DNA of 61,923 nt, counting the filler, from a candidate division TA06 bacterium SM23_40 (GTDB lineage: Bacteria; LJUI01; SM1-40): NCBI GenBank assembly GCA_001303705.1. It is 4 parts of 4 records of this genome, joined end to end, with 100 filler letters (N's around TTAATTAATTAA, not from the genome) between each part and the next. Parts side by side here need not be neighbours in the genome. Positions count along the whole stretch, not along the records: positions 29,213 to 43,029 come from LJUI01000096.1; positions 43,130 to 52,535 come from LJUI01000097.1; 2 more parts are not named here. The stretch is one strand, 5' to 3'. The notes under the pieces were generated by a model, which worked only from the letters and a program-made list of their open reading frames with translations, was not told the origin of the DNA and made no database searches. Positions 39,815 through 50,508 of this stretch are shown here, one piece after another (the first letter of the stretch is position 1; the number at the start of each line of letters is the position of its first letter). The translations under genes and the position numbers were made by a program.

Positions 39815-42135
39815 TCACAACTCCTCGGCCTCCAGAACCTCTTCTCCGATGAGCACCTCCCGCGCCTTGCTTCCCTCGTACGGGCCTACAACGCCGGCCG
39901 CCTCCAGCTGATCCATGAGCCGCCCTGCTCTCGCGTACCCCACCTTAAGACGGCGCTGCAGGAACGAGACCGATCCCAGCTGATGATGGATCACGAGCCG
40001 CCTGGCCTCCCCGAACAACTCATCGGGCTGATCCAGCTCAAGAGATTCCTCTTCTTCCGACTTCGAGACGATCTCCTCTTCCATCGCGCTCACAACGGGA
40101 AGAGTCCTCAGGAACCTGACGATCGACTGAGTCTCTTCGCTCGAGACGAAGGCTCCGTGTATGCGCACCGGCTCGGGCGACCCCGGGGCAAGGAAAAGCA
40201 TGTCTCCCTGGCCGAGGAGCTTCTCGGCCCCGTTCATGTCCAGAATGGTACGCGAGTCTGTCTTCGACGCAACCTGGAACGCAATCCGAGAGGGGAAGTT
40301 CGCCTTGATCACACCAGTCAGGACGTCGACCGAAGGACGCTGCGTGGCAAGGAGAAGATGGATCCCGACAGCTCGGGACATGTGGGCGAGTCGGCCGAGA
40401 TGTTTCTCGATCTCTGTCGGCATCGTCAGCATGAGATCGGAAAGCTCATCGATGACGATGACGATGTACGGCATCGGCCTCTCATCCGGCTCGAGGTTCG
40501 CGTTGTGGCTCTGGATGTCCCTCACGCCATCGGCCGCGAGATGTCGATAGCGTCTCTCCATCCAGTTGACGACAGTCGCGAGGGCCTTCGCCCCCTCACT
40601 CGCCTCGGTCACTACAGGCATTACCAGGTGGGGTATGCCGTCGTACAGAGTAAGCTCGAGCCGCTTCGGATCGATGAGGAGAAACCTGACTTCGAACGGT
40701 GTAGCGCGAAAAAGTATGCTTGTCACGATCACGTTTATGCAGACACTCTTCCCGGATCCGGTCGCCCCGGCGACCAGAAGATGCGGCATGCGGGAGAGAT
40801 CGGCGACATAGGGAGTTCCGGCGATATCGAGTCCCAGCGGGACGGCGAGCTTCGACTCGTTCTGCAGATACGCCTCTGCCGCGAGGACTTCTTTGAGATA
40901 GACTGGACTGCGCCGGCGATTGGGAATCTCGATCCCCACAACGGCCTTTCCCGGAACGGGGGCGACGACACGGATTCGCGGTGCACGCATCGCCAGGGCG
41001 AGGTCGTCGGCGAGGTTCGCGACACGGTTCACCTTCACCCCTGCCGCCGGTTCGAACTCATATCGGGTGATGACCGGGCCGGCCGCTACGTGAACCACGC
41101 TGCCATGAACGCCGAAGTCGGCGAGTTTACCCTCGACGGCATCAGCATTCTTCTCCAGCTCTTCTCTGGTCTGCCTCGTGTCGACCTTGAGCGGATCCTT
41201 GAGGAAAGAGAGGAATTCGCTCTGGTACTTGCTGTCCGTGCCGTAAGCCACAGGAGCAGCAACTTCCGGCTCGTGCTCGACCACCTCTACTGAGGCGGCA
41301 GAGCGTGCTCGACCACCTCTACTGAGGCGGCAGGGCGATCGGCTACCGGAGGCGCGGCGATCGAGCGAGCCTGTGATCGCGGCGGCTCGGGAGCGCTCTT
41401 CTTCGCCCGGGATGGAATACGCTCTCTCTCCTTCAACCTCCGCCGCCGATGGCGCACCGGCCGCAGCGAGATCTTCTCTCCAAATAGATGGCCCATGGAG
41501 ACCGCTCGCGATGCGAGACCCCCTCCGACGCCCCTCATCCTCACTTCCAATATGACGAGAATCGCCATGAGCACGAGCCCGCCAAAGAGGACGTGTGCTC
41601 CGATCCGGCCGAGATATCGAATCGCCAGATCGGCGACATACCCTCCCACAAGCCCACCCCATAGTAGTTTCGTCTCAACGGCCAACCCCGTAGGGAGCGA
41701 TACAGAGGTGCAGAACCAGAGCGCAAGGAGCACCAGCCAGAACGTCCCCACCATGGCCACCTCACTGCCTCGGTTGCCGACCAGGCTCACCGCCCACAGC
41801 AAGAAGACCAGTGGAAAGAGGTACCCCCCCCTACCGAGTAAGAGGGCGATCCAGTGGGCCATGTATGCGCCAACCACCCCGGCCACATTAGAGACCGAGC
41901 CCGGCGCATCTCCCAGCTGACCATAGTCCGCGGGGGAATAGGAGGCGATGCTCAGAAGGATAAGTGTGCCGAGAAGGAGAAGTGACATCCCCAGCAGCAC
42001 CTGTCGCCGACGCTCACTGAGACGCGATACAACCCTGCCCAGTACGACGCCGAAGAAGACGAGCCCCGCCACGAGGAGAGTGATGGCAACTATTTTGACG
42101 ATCATGAGGAGAAGCCAACGCAAGGTCTCTGGCAC
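39815..42135 (-). CDS. ftsK: DNA translocase FtsK, split by a 32-bp duplication at 41272-41333
   Basis: 4TM N-terminal ORF plus motor ORF (AGATGSGKS, ATQRPSVDV, gamma domain); removing 32 nt gives one 763-codon ORF. Confidence 0.9.
41272..41333. repeat. 30-bp direct repeat with 32-bp period inside ftsK
   Basis: CGTGCTCGACCACCTCTACTGAGGCGGCAG at 41272 and 41304. Confidence 0.95.
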
Positions 42136-42213
42136 TGTCCGGCCCTCCCGTGCCTCGGCTGGCTCTCACCACCCTGAGTGTCGCAATGCCTTCAGTATCT
42201 GCTCAATGGGCGC

Positions 42214-42939
42214 TCACACACCGACGATGCGCCCCTCTTTGAACATCGGAACGACGGGGATCGAATCGATCTTGGCTGCGATTTCGATATCCTCAACGAA
42301 CCCGAGGCGTGCAAGGTTGCGCCCGGCCTCAGACCCCTCAACTGCTGCCGGGATACGACGAGCGTACTTCTTGTACAGCACCTGCGCGGCAGCAGCGCCA
42401 TCGTTCAACTCCACCCCACCCTCCAGCGCCTCTGTCAGGCTCGCCACAAACATTCCGGCACATACGGCGTCCTCAAGTGCAAAGCATCCCGATCTTCCGG
42501 CACAGACAAATGAGACATCGCCCGTCGGTCTGAGAATGACGTCCAGAATACTCCGGAAGTTCACAAACGAGCCAATCAGGACATCGCGTACGGACTCGAC
42601 ACTTGTGATGGCCGAGGTACCGTTTGTCGTGGAGAGAATGAGTGTTCTCCCCCCTACTCGATTCCTGGTATACTCAAGAGGTGAGTTGCCAAGATGGAAT
42701 CCTTCCATACGTTGACAGTCCCGCTCTCCACAGAGAAGGGTGACACTCTTGTCGAGCGTAGCGCCCAGCTCCAGCGCGGCCTCGACACTCCTGGCCGGTA
42801 TCACCTCTTTGCACCCGTTGCTGAGCGCCATAGCGATCGTGGTGCTCGTCCGTAGCACATCGATGATGACCGCGGTGCGATCCTTGACTGCATCTTCATC
42901 ACACTCATCGGGAGTGAAGTGAACGTCGATAGTTCTCAT
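42214..42939 (-). CDS. comB: 2-phosphosulfolactate phosphatase family
   Basis: IIDVLRTSTT, GER, GNSPLEY, TTNGT, EDAVCAG. Confidence 0.88.
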   Translation of the reverse strand: MRTIDVHFTPDECDEDAVKDRTAVIIDVLRTSTTIAMALSNGCKEVIPARSVEAALELGATLDKSVTLLCGERDCQRMEGFHLGNSPLEYTRNRVGGRTLILSTTNGTSAITSVESVRDVLIGSFVNFRSILDVILRPTGDVSFVCAGRSGCFALEDAVCAGMFVASLTEALEGGVELNDGAAAAQVLYKKYARRIPAAVEGSEAGRNLARLGFVEDIEIAAKIDSIPVVPMFKEGRIVGV

Positions 42940-43029
42940 CCCGGTATTGTCCTCCCCTGACGACATGCCATCGCGGCGCCCCCCCGGTGCGACCATCCCA
43001 TTCCTGCAGGAGGCGTAGTGCGCTTCCTC

Positions 43030-43129
43030 NNNNNNNNNNNNNNNNNNNNNNNNNNNNNNNNNNNNNNNNNNNNTTAATTAATTAANNNNNNNNNNNNNNN
43101 NNNNNNNNNNNNNNNNNNNNNNNNNNNNN
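43030..43129. other. artificial contig linker
   Basis: N44-TTAATTAATTAA-N44. Confidence 0.98.
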
Positions 43130-43291
43130 ACCGTGCTGCTCCTTGATCTGAATCGCCTCCTCCACAGCGTACTCGTCGTAAGGATTGACGACAAAGGTGA
43201 TCCCTTGCTCCTCTATTCCCTGGCCATCGGATCTCACAACGATCGATGCCTCACTGTCCGGAACCTGCTTTAAGCAAATGATGACTTTCAT
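43130..43291 (-). CDS. etfB: electron transfer flavoprotein beta subunit, 3'-truncated
   Basis: MKVIICLKQVPD...NPYDEYAVEEAIQIKE. Confidence 0.88.
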
Positions 43292-44046
43292 CCTTCCCGC
43301 CTCTCGCTCGTCTGTCGCACCGCGACCAGGGCCTCAAGTGCTTGCCTGGCCGCGCGCTGCTCCGCCAGCTTCTTGCTGTCCCCGAATCCTACGCCGCGAA
43401 CCTCTCCGTCGATCCTCACCTCAACCTCGAATTCCCGTCTGTGGTGTGGGCCTCTGGTGGTCCGCACGCGGTAACGCGGAGTCCCCCGTCCCTCGGTCTG
43501 GGTGAGGTGCTGGAGTTCGCTCTTGTAGTTAACATTTCGCTCATCGGAAAGGATATCCGAAGCGCCGGAGAGTATTTCCGCCTCCACAAATCGTTTCGCT
43601 GCTCCCAGGCCGCGGTCAAGATAGACTGCACCGATCAGAGCTTCATAGGCATCGGATATGATCGAATCGCGCCCCCTTCCATCCAGACCCATCTCACTCT
43701 TGCCGAGAAACAGGTGTTCCCTGAGTCCCATCCTCTCCGCACACTCAGTCAGTATACGCTTCCCCACCAGTGCCGCTCTCATCTCCGTCAACTCGCCTTC
43801 ATCTCTTTCGGGGAAGCGACTGTAGAGATATTCGCTTACCAGAAGATCCAGCACCGCATCTCCGAGAAACTCAAGGCGCTCGTTTGACCGCGCCGAGTGC
43901 GAGCGGTGCACGAGTGCCCTCTTTAGGAGTTCGATGTCGCGGATATCAATCCCGTGCCGGCGAAGCATCTCCTGCAGCTCGGCCACTCGATCGCCCCGTC
44001 CTTCTCGCCGCCACAAGCGCCGTATCCTCGACAAATCAACTCTCAT
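43288..44046 (-). CDS. rnc: ribonuclease III
   Basis: NERLEFLGDAVL, EALIGAVYLD, dsRBD. Confidence 0.96.
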   Translation of the reverse strand: MRVDLSRIRRLWRREGRGDRVAELQEMLRRHGIDIRDIELLKRALVHRSHSARSNERLEFLGDAVLDLLVSEYLYSRFPERDEGELTEMRAALVGKRILTECAERMGLREHLFLGKSEMGLDGRGRDSIISDAYEALIGAVYLDRGLGAAKRFVEAEILSGASDILSDERNVNYKSELQHLTQTEGRGTPRYRVRTTRGPHHRREFEVEVRIDGEVRGVGFGDSKKLAEQRAARQALEALVAVRQTSERREG

Positions 44047-44059
44047 ACATCTATGCCGT

Positions 44060-45298
44060 TCAGTCTCGGTATTTCTTCACAAGGAGCGAGACGTTGTGTC
44101 CTCCGAACCCAAAGGAGTTCGACATGGCACAATTCACATCTCGCTGGCGGGCTTCCCCGGGAACATAGTCGAGATCGCACTCAGGATCTGGGTTCTCCAG
44201 ATTCACGGTCGGGTGAATCATAGAGTCGCGGATCGACATGACTGTAGCAATGAACTCGATGGCTCCTCCCGCGCCCAGCAGATGACCGGTCATGGACTTG
44301 GTGGCGTTGACCGCGATCTTGCGTGCATGCTCGCCAAACACTTTCTTGATGGCAATCGTCTCGTACTTATCGTTAAGTTCCGTCGAGGTCCCGTGGGCAT
44401 TGATATAATCCACCTCCACGACATCGATACCGTTGCGCAACGCCATCTTCATCGCCAGAGCCGCCCCCTGGCCATCAGGCGCAGGAGCAGTAACGTGGTG
44501 TGCATCAGCCGACAGTCCGTACCCGGCTACCTCGGCTAGAACCGGAGCACTCCTTGCCTTCGCACGAGACAGTTCCTCGAGCACGACGATCCCCGCACCC
44601 TCTGCGATCACGAAGCCGTCACGGTCACGGTCAAAGGGGCGGGATGCTCTCTCTGGTTCCTCATTACGCGTCGAAAGCGCACGCATCACGCAGAATCCAC
44701 CGACTGAAAGTGGTGTGATCGGTGCTTCGGCCCCCCCTGCAATCGCCACATCGCACTCTCCATACTGGATACTGCGGTATGCCTGGCCTATGGCGTGCGC
44801 TCCTGATGCACATGCTGATACAGTAGCGTAGTTCGGACCATGCGCGCCGAGCACCATTGCCATCTTCCCCGCCGCCATATCAGCAATCATCATGGGAATG
44901 AAGAACGGGCTGATGCGCTCGGGCCCGTGATCTATGAGCTTGGTGTGCTGTTGCTCCCACGTCTCCACTCCGCCGATTCCCGAGCCGATTATCACCGCCA
45001 CTCTGCTGGTGTCGATGTTCAACATATCGAGCCCGGCCTGCTCCACCGCCTCCATGGTGGCAACATAAGCGAATTGGACAAAACGATCCATCCGCCTCAC
45101 TTCCTTCTTCCCGATCTGAGGCGTCGGATCAAAGTCCTTCACCTCCCCCGCTATCTGCGAGGAGAACCTGCCCGGGTCGAACCGCGTGATCCTGGCAATC
45201 CCGCTCGTCCCGGCGAGAGCCGACTTCCAGAACTCGTCCACCGTGAGCCCGATCGGCGTGACGGCACCGAGACCTGTCACTACAACGCGCCTACCCAT
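44060..45298 (-). CDS. fabF: 3-oxoacyl-ACP synthase II
   Basis: VVVTGLG, SACASG, NAHGTST, SNSFGFGGHN. Confidence 0.96.
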   Translation of the reverse strand: MGRRVVVTGLGAVTPIGLTVDEFWKSALAGTSGIARITRFDPGRFSSQIAGEVKDFDPTPQIGKKEVRRMDRFVQFAYVATMEAVEQAGLDMLNIDTSRVAVIIGSGIGGVETWEQQHTKLIDHGPERISPFFIPMMIADMAAGKMAMVLGAHGPNYATVSACASGAHAIGQAYRSIQYGECDVAIAGGAEAPITPLSVGGFCVMRALSTRNEEPERASRPFDRDRDGFVIAEGAGIVVLEELSRAKARSAPVLAEVAGYGLSADAHHVTAPAPDGQGAALAMKMALRNGIDVVEVDYINAHGTSTELNDKYETIAIKKVFGEHARKIAVNATKSMTGHLLGAGGAIEFIATVMSIRDSMIHPTVNLENPDPECDLDYVPGEARQRDVNCAMSNSFGFGGHNVSLLVKKYRD

Positions 45299-45537
45299 AC
45301 GCTGCTCAAGCCCTCCCAGACTGCTCAGAGTGATACCATGGCGCACTCAACTTCTCGTCCCGCAACCTGAACCAGGACCCACGGCCTCATTCCGGAAGCC
45401 TCGAAGAGAGCGCACAGGATCTTCACCTCCTGTGGGACGGACCGAAGGACCGATCCCGCCTCGCCTCTGAGCCGAGGCGAGTCATCTCTCATGAGGGCCC
45501 TCCGTCAGGTTGATCCACGGGAGGGATTCTGCACCAA

Positions 45538-45786
45538 TTACTCTGCCTCTTTCTGCGCGATCTTCTTGTCAAGATACGCCGTCGCCTGACCGACGGTCGT
45601 CAACTTCTCAGCTTCCTCGTCAGGCACTTCGATCCCGAACTTCTCCTCGAAGGCCATAATGAGCTCCACCGTGTCAAGAGAATCGGCTCCCAGATCGTCG
45701 ATGAAGCTCGCCTCCGGCGTTACCTCCGCCTCATCCACCCCGAGCTGCTCCACAATGATCTTCCTGACCTCAGCATCAAGAGCCAT
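45538..45786 (-). CDS. acpP: acyl carrier protein
   Basis: [18 protein letters not shown]. Confidence 0.97.
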   Translation of the reverse strand: MALDAEVRKIIVEQLGVDEAEVTPEASFIDDLGADSLDTVELIMAFEEKFGIEVPDEEAEKLTTVGQATAYLDKKIAQKEAE

Positions 45787-45843
45787 GCGTCACTTCACCT
45801 CCCCTCTGCTACGAATTTCCAGAGTACGGATTCTCCCGGGACA

Positions 45844-46584
45844 CTACATCACCATGCCGCCATCGACATGGAATACCTGACCCGTCACATATGAAGCATC
45901 ATCTGAGACCAGGAACGCTGCGACGTTGGCCACATCCTCGGCCATTCCGAGGCGGCCAAGGGGGATACCCCGGAGAAGGTTCTCCCGCACCTCCTTTGTC
46001 AGGCCACTCGTCATCGCCGTATCGATGAATCCAGGTGCGATTGCATTGACGCGGACGCCCCGCGAGGCCAACTCACGGGCTATCGACTTTGTGAGACCGA
46101 TCAGACCGGCCTTCGACGCAGCATAATTCACCTGGCCAGCGTTGCCGATCACGCCAACTACCGATGCGATATTCAGAATAACACCAGACCGTCGTTTCAT
46201 CATCGACCTGGCAACTGCGCGAGAGCAGAGAAAGGCGCCCTTCAGATTCACGGCCAGCACCGCGTCCCAGTCTGCATCCTTCATCCGCACCATCAGCGAG
46301 TCGCGCACGATGCCAGCATTGTTCACCAATATGTCAATCGGCCCCAGCCTGTCAAGTACTTCCTTTACATTGGTCTCCACTGCAGCACTGTCTGTTATGT
46401 CCACGCGGGCCACGTGGCACGCTCTTCCTTCACCTTCCACGTCGGACTTCACCGCTTCGAGAGCATCCTCGTCGATGTCCCAGATGACGATAGAAGCGCC
46501 ATCGCGTGCCAGCCTGAGCGCGATCGCACGCCCGATACCCTGCGCGCCGCCAGTCACCAGCGCTCGCCGATCTTGTATAGTCAT
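45844..46584 (-). CDS. fabG: 3-oxoacyl-ACP reductase
   Basis: TGGAQGIG, NNAG, YAASK; operon context. Confidence 0.95.
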   Translation of the reverse strand: MTIQDRRALVTGGAQGIGRAIALRLARDGASIVIWDIDEDALEAVKSDVEGEGRACHVARVDITDSAAVETNVKEVLDRLGPIDILVNNAGIVRDSLMVRMKDADWDAVLAVNLKGAFLCSRAVARSMMKRRSGVILNIASVVGVIGNAGQVNYAASKAGLIGLTKSIARELASRGVRVNAIAPGFIDTAMTSGLTKEVRENLLRGIPLGRLGMAEDVANVAAFLVSDDASYVTGQVFHVDGGMVM

Positions 46585-46682
46585 CTTCTTCCTTTGCTGC
46601 GCGCCCCGGCACACAGATCCGAACGACGTATCCCGGCCCGCGCCAGCCGGCTGCTCACGGACGGGCTGCGCCCGGACCTGCC

Positions 46683-47615
46683 CTAGGCTGACGCGAACGA
46701 CTCGACTGCACGGGCGACCGTCAGTGGATCTTCGGCATTGAGGACCGTGGCCCCGCGCACGGTCTTCCGGACGAGTCCGATCAATACCCGACCCGGCCCT
46801 ACCTCCAGAAATCGCTCAGCCCCCGCCTCAGCCATCCTCTCGATCGACTGGCGCCAGCGCACCGGGCTCTCGATCTGCCGTTCCAGATTCGCCCGTATCT
46901 CCCCGGGATCCTCAATCGGCCCGGCCGAAACATTCGCATAGACCGGAATGGCCGCCCGCCCGATCTCCACCTCCCGAAGTGCCTGCCTCAACCCCTCCAC
47001 CGCGCTCTCCATGAGCGGTGAGTGGAACGCACCGCTTACCGCCAGCCGAACAGCTCGCTTCGCTCCCCGCTCGAGCGCGAGTTCCATCGCTCGTTCGACC
47101 GCCGGGATCTCGCCCGATACGGCGACCTGTCCCGGGCTGTTGAAGTTCGCCACCTGGACAACTCCCCTCTCACCCGCCTGAGCGCAGACCAGAGCCACTT
47201 CCTCATCTGCCAGACCGATAATCGCCGCCATCGTCCCCGGTCTGTCGAGGCCAGCCTGATACATCAACTCGCCTCTCAACTTGACCAGACGGAGAGCATG
47301 CGGAAGGCTGAGCGCGCTGGCAGCCACGAGGGCAGAGTACTCGCCCAGACTATGACCTGCTACCATATCTGCATCGACGCCCATCTTCCGGAGCACGGCA
47401 AGACAGGCAATGCTGTGGACGAGGATGGCTGGCTGTGTGATGTCCGTTCGCGTCAGATCTTCGGCAGGCCCCTCGAACGAGACGCGCGCTACATCCCACC
47501 CCAGCACCTCACTCGCTCCCTCATAAATATCGCGCGCCTCGCTGTACTGCTGGAAGAGCTCTCTCCCCATGCCGACGTGCTGGGAGGCCTGTCCGGGGAA
47601 GATGAACGCCTGCAC
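46683..47615 (-). CDS. fabD: malonyl-CoA:ACP transacylase
   Basis: FPGQASQ, GHSLGEY, SGAFHS. Confidence 0.95.
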   Translation of the reverse strand: MQAFIFPGQASQHVGMGRELFQQYSEARDIYEGASEVLGWDVARVSFEGPAEDLTRTDITQPAILVHSIACLAVLRKMGVDADMVAGHSLGEYSALVAASALSLPHALRLVKLRGELMYQAGLDRPGTMAAIIGLADEEVALVCAQAGERGVVQVANFNSPGQVAVSGEIPAVERAMELALERGAKRAVRLAVSGAFHSPLMESAVEGLRQALREVEIGRAAIPVYANVSAGPIEDPGEIRANLERQIESPVRWRQSIERMAEAGAERFLEVGPGRVLIGLVRKTVRGATVLNAEDPLTVARAVESFASA

Positions 47616-47710
47616 TCTCCCTCCTCTCGACCGCCACCTGAGTGTTCTCCGGTCGGCCGCGCCCTGTGGCGTGAAGGTGCCGGAGAGACCCGTGTCCGGT
47701 GCCCGAAGGC

Positions 47711-48712
47711 CTACCAGCGGACTATCGCCGCGCCCCAGGTGAATCCGGCGCCGAACGCGACCATCGCAATGATGTCGCCCTCTCCTACCCTGCCCGCCTT
47801 CAGCGCCTCGTCGAGTGCCAGCGGAATCGATGCTGCCGACGTGTTCCCATACCGATCGATGTTGGTGCACACCCTCTCCATCGGCACGCCGACCCGCTTA
47901 GCCGTTGCCTCTATAATCCTATAGTTGGCCTGGTGAGGCACAAGGAGATCGACATCCTTGCTCTCGAGCCCGGCCATCTTCAGAGCCCTATTGGTGGAAT
48001 CCTCCATCGCCCGGACGGCATACTTGAAGACTTCATTGCCCTTCATCTTGAGGTAGTGGAGTCCTTCTTGGACAGTCTCCGTCGTGGCCGGACGCCTTGA
48101 ACCTCCAGCCGGCTGACAGAGAAGCGGCCCCAGGGAGCCGTCGCTCGCGAGGTGCGTCGACAGTATGCCACTTGGTCCATTCGACGGCTTCAGCACGATC
48201 GCGCCGGCCCCGTCAGCGAGCAGCACGCACGTGCCCCGGTCATCCCAGTCGGTCACCTTCGATAAGGTATCGGCTCCCACGACGAGAATGGTCTCCCCCA
48301 GGCCCGCGGCGATCATCCCGTCGCCAATCGCCATTCCGTAGATGAATCCCGAGCATCCTGCCTCCAGGTCGAATGCCGCCACATTCCTGGCACCGAGCCT
48401 ATCTTGAAGCAGACAGGCAGTCGCAGGGAAGAGCATATCGGGAGTGGCCGTGGCGACGATGATGCCGTCGAGCTCCCGGGCGCTGACGCCTGCCGCCTCC
48501 ATTGCCTTCCGGGCAGCGAGATAGGAGAGATCGGATGTCGCGGTCTTCTCGTCGGCAATGCGGCGCTCCCTGATCCCGGTCCTCGCCCGGATCCACTCAT
48601 CGCTCGTCTCGACCATCTTCTCGAGATCGAAATTGGTCATAACACCTTCAGGAGCGGCAGACCCGAGGCCGACTACCCGCGCCCCTTTAGCATTTCTGGA
48701 CTCTCTCTTCAC
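47711..48712 (-). CDS. fabH: 3-oxoacyl-ACP synthase III
   Basis: AGCSGF, PHQAN, GNTSAAS. Confidence 0.95.
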   Translation of the reverse strand: MKRESRNAKGARVVGLGSAAPEGVMTNFDLEKMVETSDEWIRARTGIRERRIADEKTATSDLSYLAARKAMEAAGVSARELDGIIVATATPDMLFPATACLLQDRLGARNVAAFDLEAGCSGFIYGMAIGDGMIAAGLGETILVVGADTLSKVTDWDDRGTCVLLADGAGAIVLKPSNGPSGILSTHLASDGSLGPLLCQPAGGSRRPATTETVQEGLHYLKMKGNEVFKYAVRAMEDSTNRALKMAGLESKDVDLLVPHQANYRIIEATAKRVGVPMERVCTNIDRYGNTSAASIPLALDEALKAGRVGEGDIIAMVAFGAGFTWGAAIVRW

Positions 48713-49706
48713 TCTGTTTCAGCAGCTCCCTCTTTATCCTCTGATTAACACCCTGAGCCACGAACCGTTCTGCCACGCCTATTGCATTTCTGATCGCCTT
48801 CGCTGTGGATGTGCCGTGACAGATGATCACTACTCCATCGACCCCAAGAAGAGGTGCGCCGCCATATTCCTCGTAGTCGAGTCGCCTCCTCAGTCCGCGG
48901 AATCCGGGCGCCAACAGCAAACTCCCCAGTCTCGACCGGACATCCCGCTCCGCCATCTCCCGGATGGAGCGGGCAAAGATGTCGATGATGCTCTCACCGA
49001 ACTTGAGAATCACATTGCCGACGAACCCGTCGCACACTACCACATCCACCCCACCCATCATGATCTCTCGACCTTCTATATTACCCACGAATTCCACGCC
49101 GCTCGCTCTGATGAGTTCGTGGGCTTTGAGCGTCAGCTCATTCCCCTTTGACCGCTCCTCGCCGATACTCAGAAGCCCTACTCTCGGCCGTTCGAGGTTG
49201 AGTACCGACTTCATGTATATGTCGCCCATAAGAGCGAACTGAGAGAGATGCGTGGGTTTGCAGTCAGAGTTGGCGCCGACATCGAGGAGGAGGGTGAAAC
49301 CTGTCTCGCTGGGGAGAAGTGCAGCGATGGCTGGTCTCAAGACCCCTCTCAATCTCCCCAGTGTCGTCAGTGCGTACGCCATGATCGCGCCCGTATTCCC
49401 GGCGCTTACGAAGGCCGATACCTCTCCTGCCTTCTGCATCCGCATGCCGACTGCGATGGCCGAATTCTTCTTCTTCCGAATCGCCGCCGCCGGACTCTCG
49501 TGCATCTCCACCACGTCAGGGGCCTCGACCGCCGAAACCGATAGTCCGGCACCCCTGGCCTTCTCGAGCGCGCCGTCGATAGCGGCGGAATCCCCGAGGA
49601 GCACTGTCTCAAACCGTCCCCCCGCCTGCCGCACCGCACCAAGTGCTCCGTCGGTCAGCTCGCGAGGAGATCTATCTCCACCCATCAAGTCAACAGCGAT
49701 TCGCAT
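48687..49706 (-). CDS. plsX: phosphate acyltransferase
   Basis: IAVDLMGGD, SAGNTGA, DGFVGN, GGAPLLG. Confidence 0.95.
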   Translation of the reverse strand: MRIAVDLMGGDRSPRELTDGALGAVRQAGGRFETVLLGDSAAIDGALEKARGAGLSVSAVEAPDVVEMHESPAAAIRKKKNSAIAVGMRMQKAGEVSAFVSAGNTGAIMAYALTTLGRLRGVLRPAIAALLPSETGFTLLLDVGANSDCKPTHLSQFALMGDIYMKSVLNLERPRVGLLSIGEERSKGNELTLKAHELIRASGVEFVGNIEGREIMMGGVDVVVCDGFVGNVILKFGESIIDIFARSIREMAERDVRSRLGSLLLAPGFRGLRRRLDYEEYGGAPLLGVDGVVIICHGTSTAKAIRNAIGVAERFVAQGVNQRIKRELLKQSEERVQKC

Positions 49707-49723
49707 CGCACGGCACCTACCAT

Positions 49724-49906
49724 CTACTCCGTCTCGGGAGCTATAACCTCTTTATCATCATAGTATCCGCAATTGGGACAGACCCGATGCGGCAGCTTCG
49801 GCTGATGACAGTGAGAGCATATCGTAAGTGCAGGCGGCTCAATCTTCCAGTTCGCCCTTCGCTTTCTGGATCGCGAATGCGAGTGTCTACGTTTCGGGAC
49901 GGGCAT
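49724..49906 (-). CDS. rpmF: 50S ribosomal protein L32
   Basis: MPVPKRRHS...CSHC...PHRVCPNCGYY. Confidence 0.96.
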   Translation of the reverse strand: MPVPKRRHSHSRSRKRRANWKIEPPALTICSHCHQPKLPHRVCPNCGYYDDKEVIAPETE

Positions 49907-49909
49907 TAT

Positions 49910-50446
49910 CTACTCCTTCGTTTTCCCATTGCGCTTTATATCGTCCAGCTTCGCCCAGCGAGGATCGACGGCAGTGGCAGAGCAGTCGCAGATGCCGCGG
50001 TTGAGGTTCTGCCCACAACGAAGACAGAGTCCGCGACAACTTTCATGACAGAGGGACCGGAGGGGCAGGGCGAGCAGCACCGCATCCCGTACGAATGGGT
50101 TCACCTCAACCGTGTGGCCATCATAGGAGGCCAGATCCAGGTCGTCTCTGTGGAGTGTGGCCTCCCGAGGCAGCGCGATCCGAGAGAGTTCGGGTACCAG
50201 TCTCACGTTCAGCCGTGTCTGGAAGGGCCGCTCGAACCTCTCCAGACACCGACTACATACGAGTTCGGCGACGAAAGAAACCACCCCTTTGAGCTGGACT
50301 CCCTCGCCACCCTTGGCCACCGACCCGCGTATCTCTATCTCGCCGGCGATGCGTTCGTCGCCCCCTCCAATCCCCACCTCGCAAGGATCGGCCCTGAAGT
50401 CGAAGGCGATCTCGCCGGCATCCAGATCGTGAATATCAATTATCAT
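49910..50446 (-). CDS. yceD: DUF177/YceD family protein
   Basis: CSRCL, LCHESCRGLCLRCG, DPRWAKL; upstream of rpmF. Confidence 0.9.
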   Translation of the reverse strand: MIIDIHDLDAGEIAFDFRADPCEVGIGGGDERIAGEIEIRGSVAKGGEGVQLKGVVSFVAELVCSRCLERFERPFQTRLNVRLVPELSRIALPREATLHRDDLDLASYDGHTVEVNPFVRDAVLLALPLRSLCHESCRGLCLRCGQNLNRGICDCSATAVDPRWAKLDDIKRNGKTKE

Positions 50447-50508
50447 TGGGAAGAACCCGACATGCGCCAAATACTACTTGCCGATGCTAGCGGTACGGAG
50501 GGCGTCTG

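Noticed and set aside
39983-41293. Long + strand ORF (436 aa) and similar antisense ORFs (e.g. 4208-5287, 24337-25443, 25370-26482)
   Set aside because: Shadow ORFs opposite well-supported genes in GC-rich DNA; no recognisable motifs
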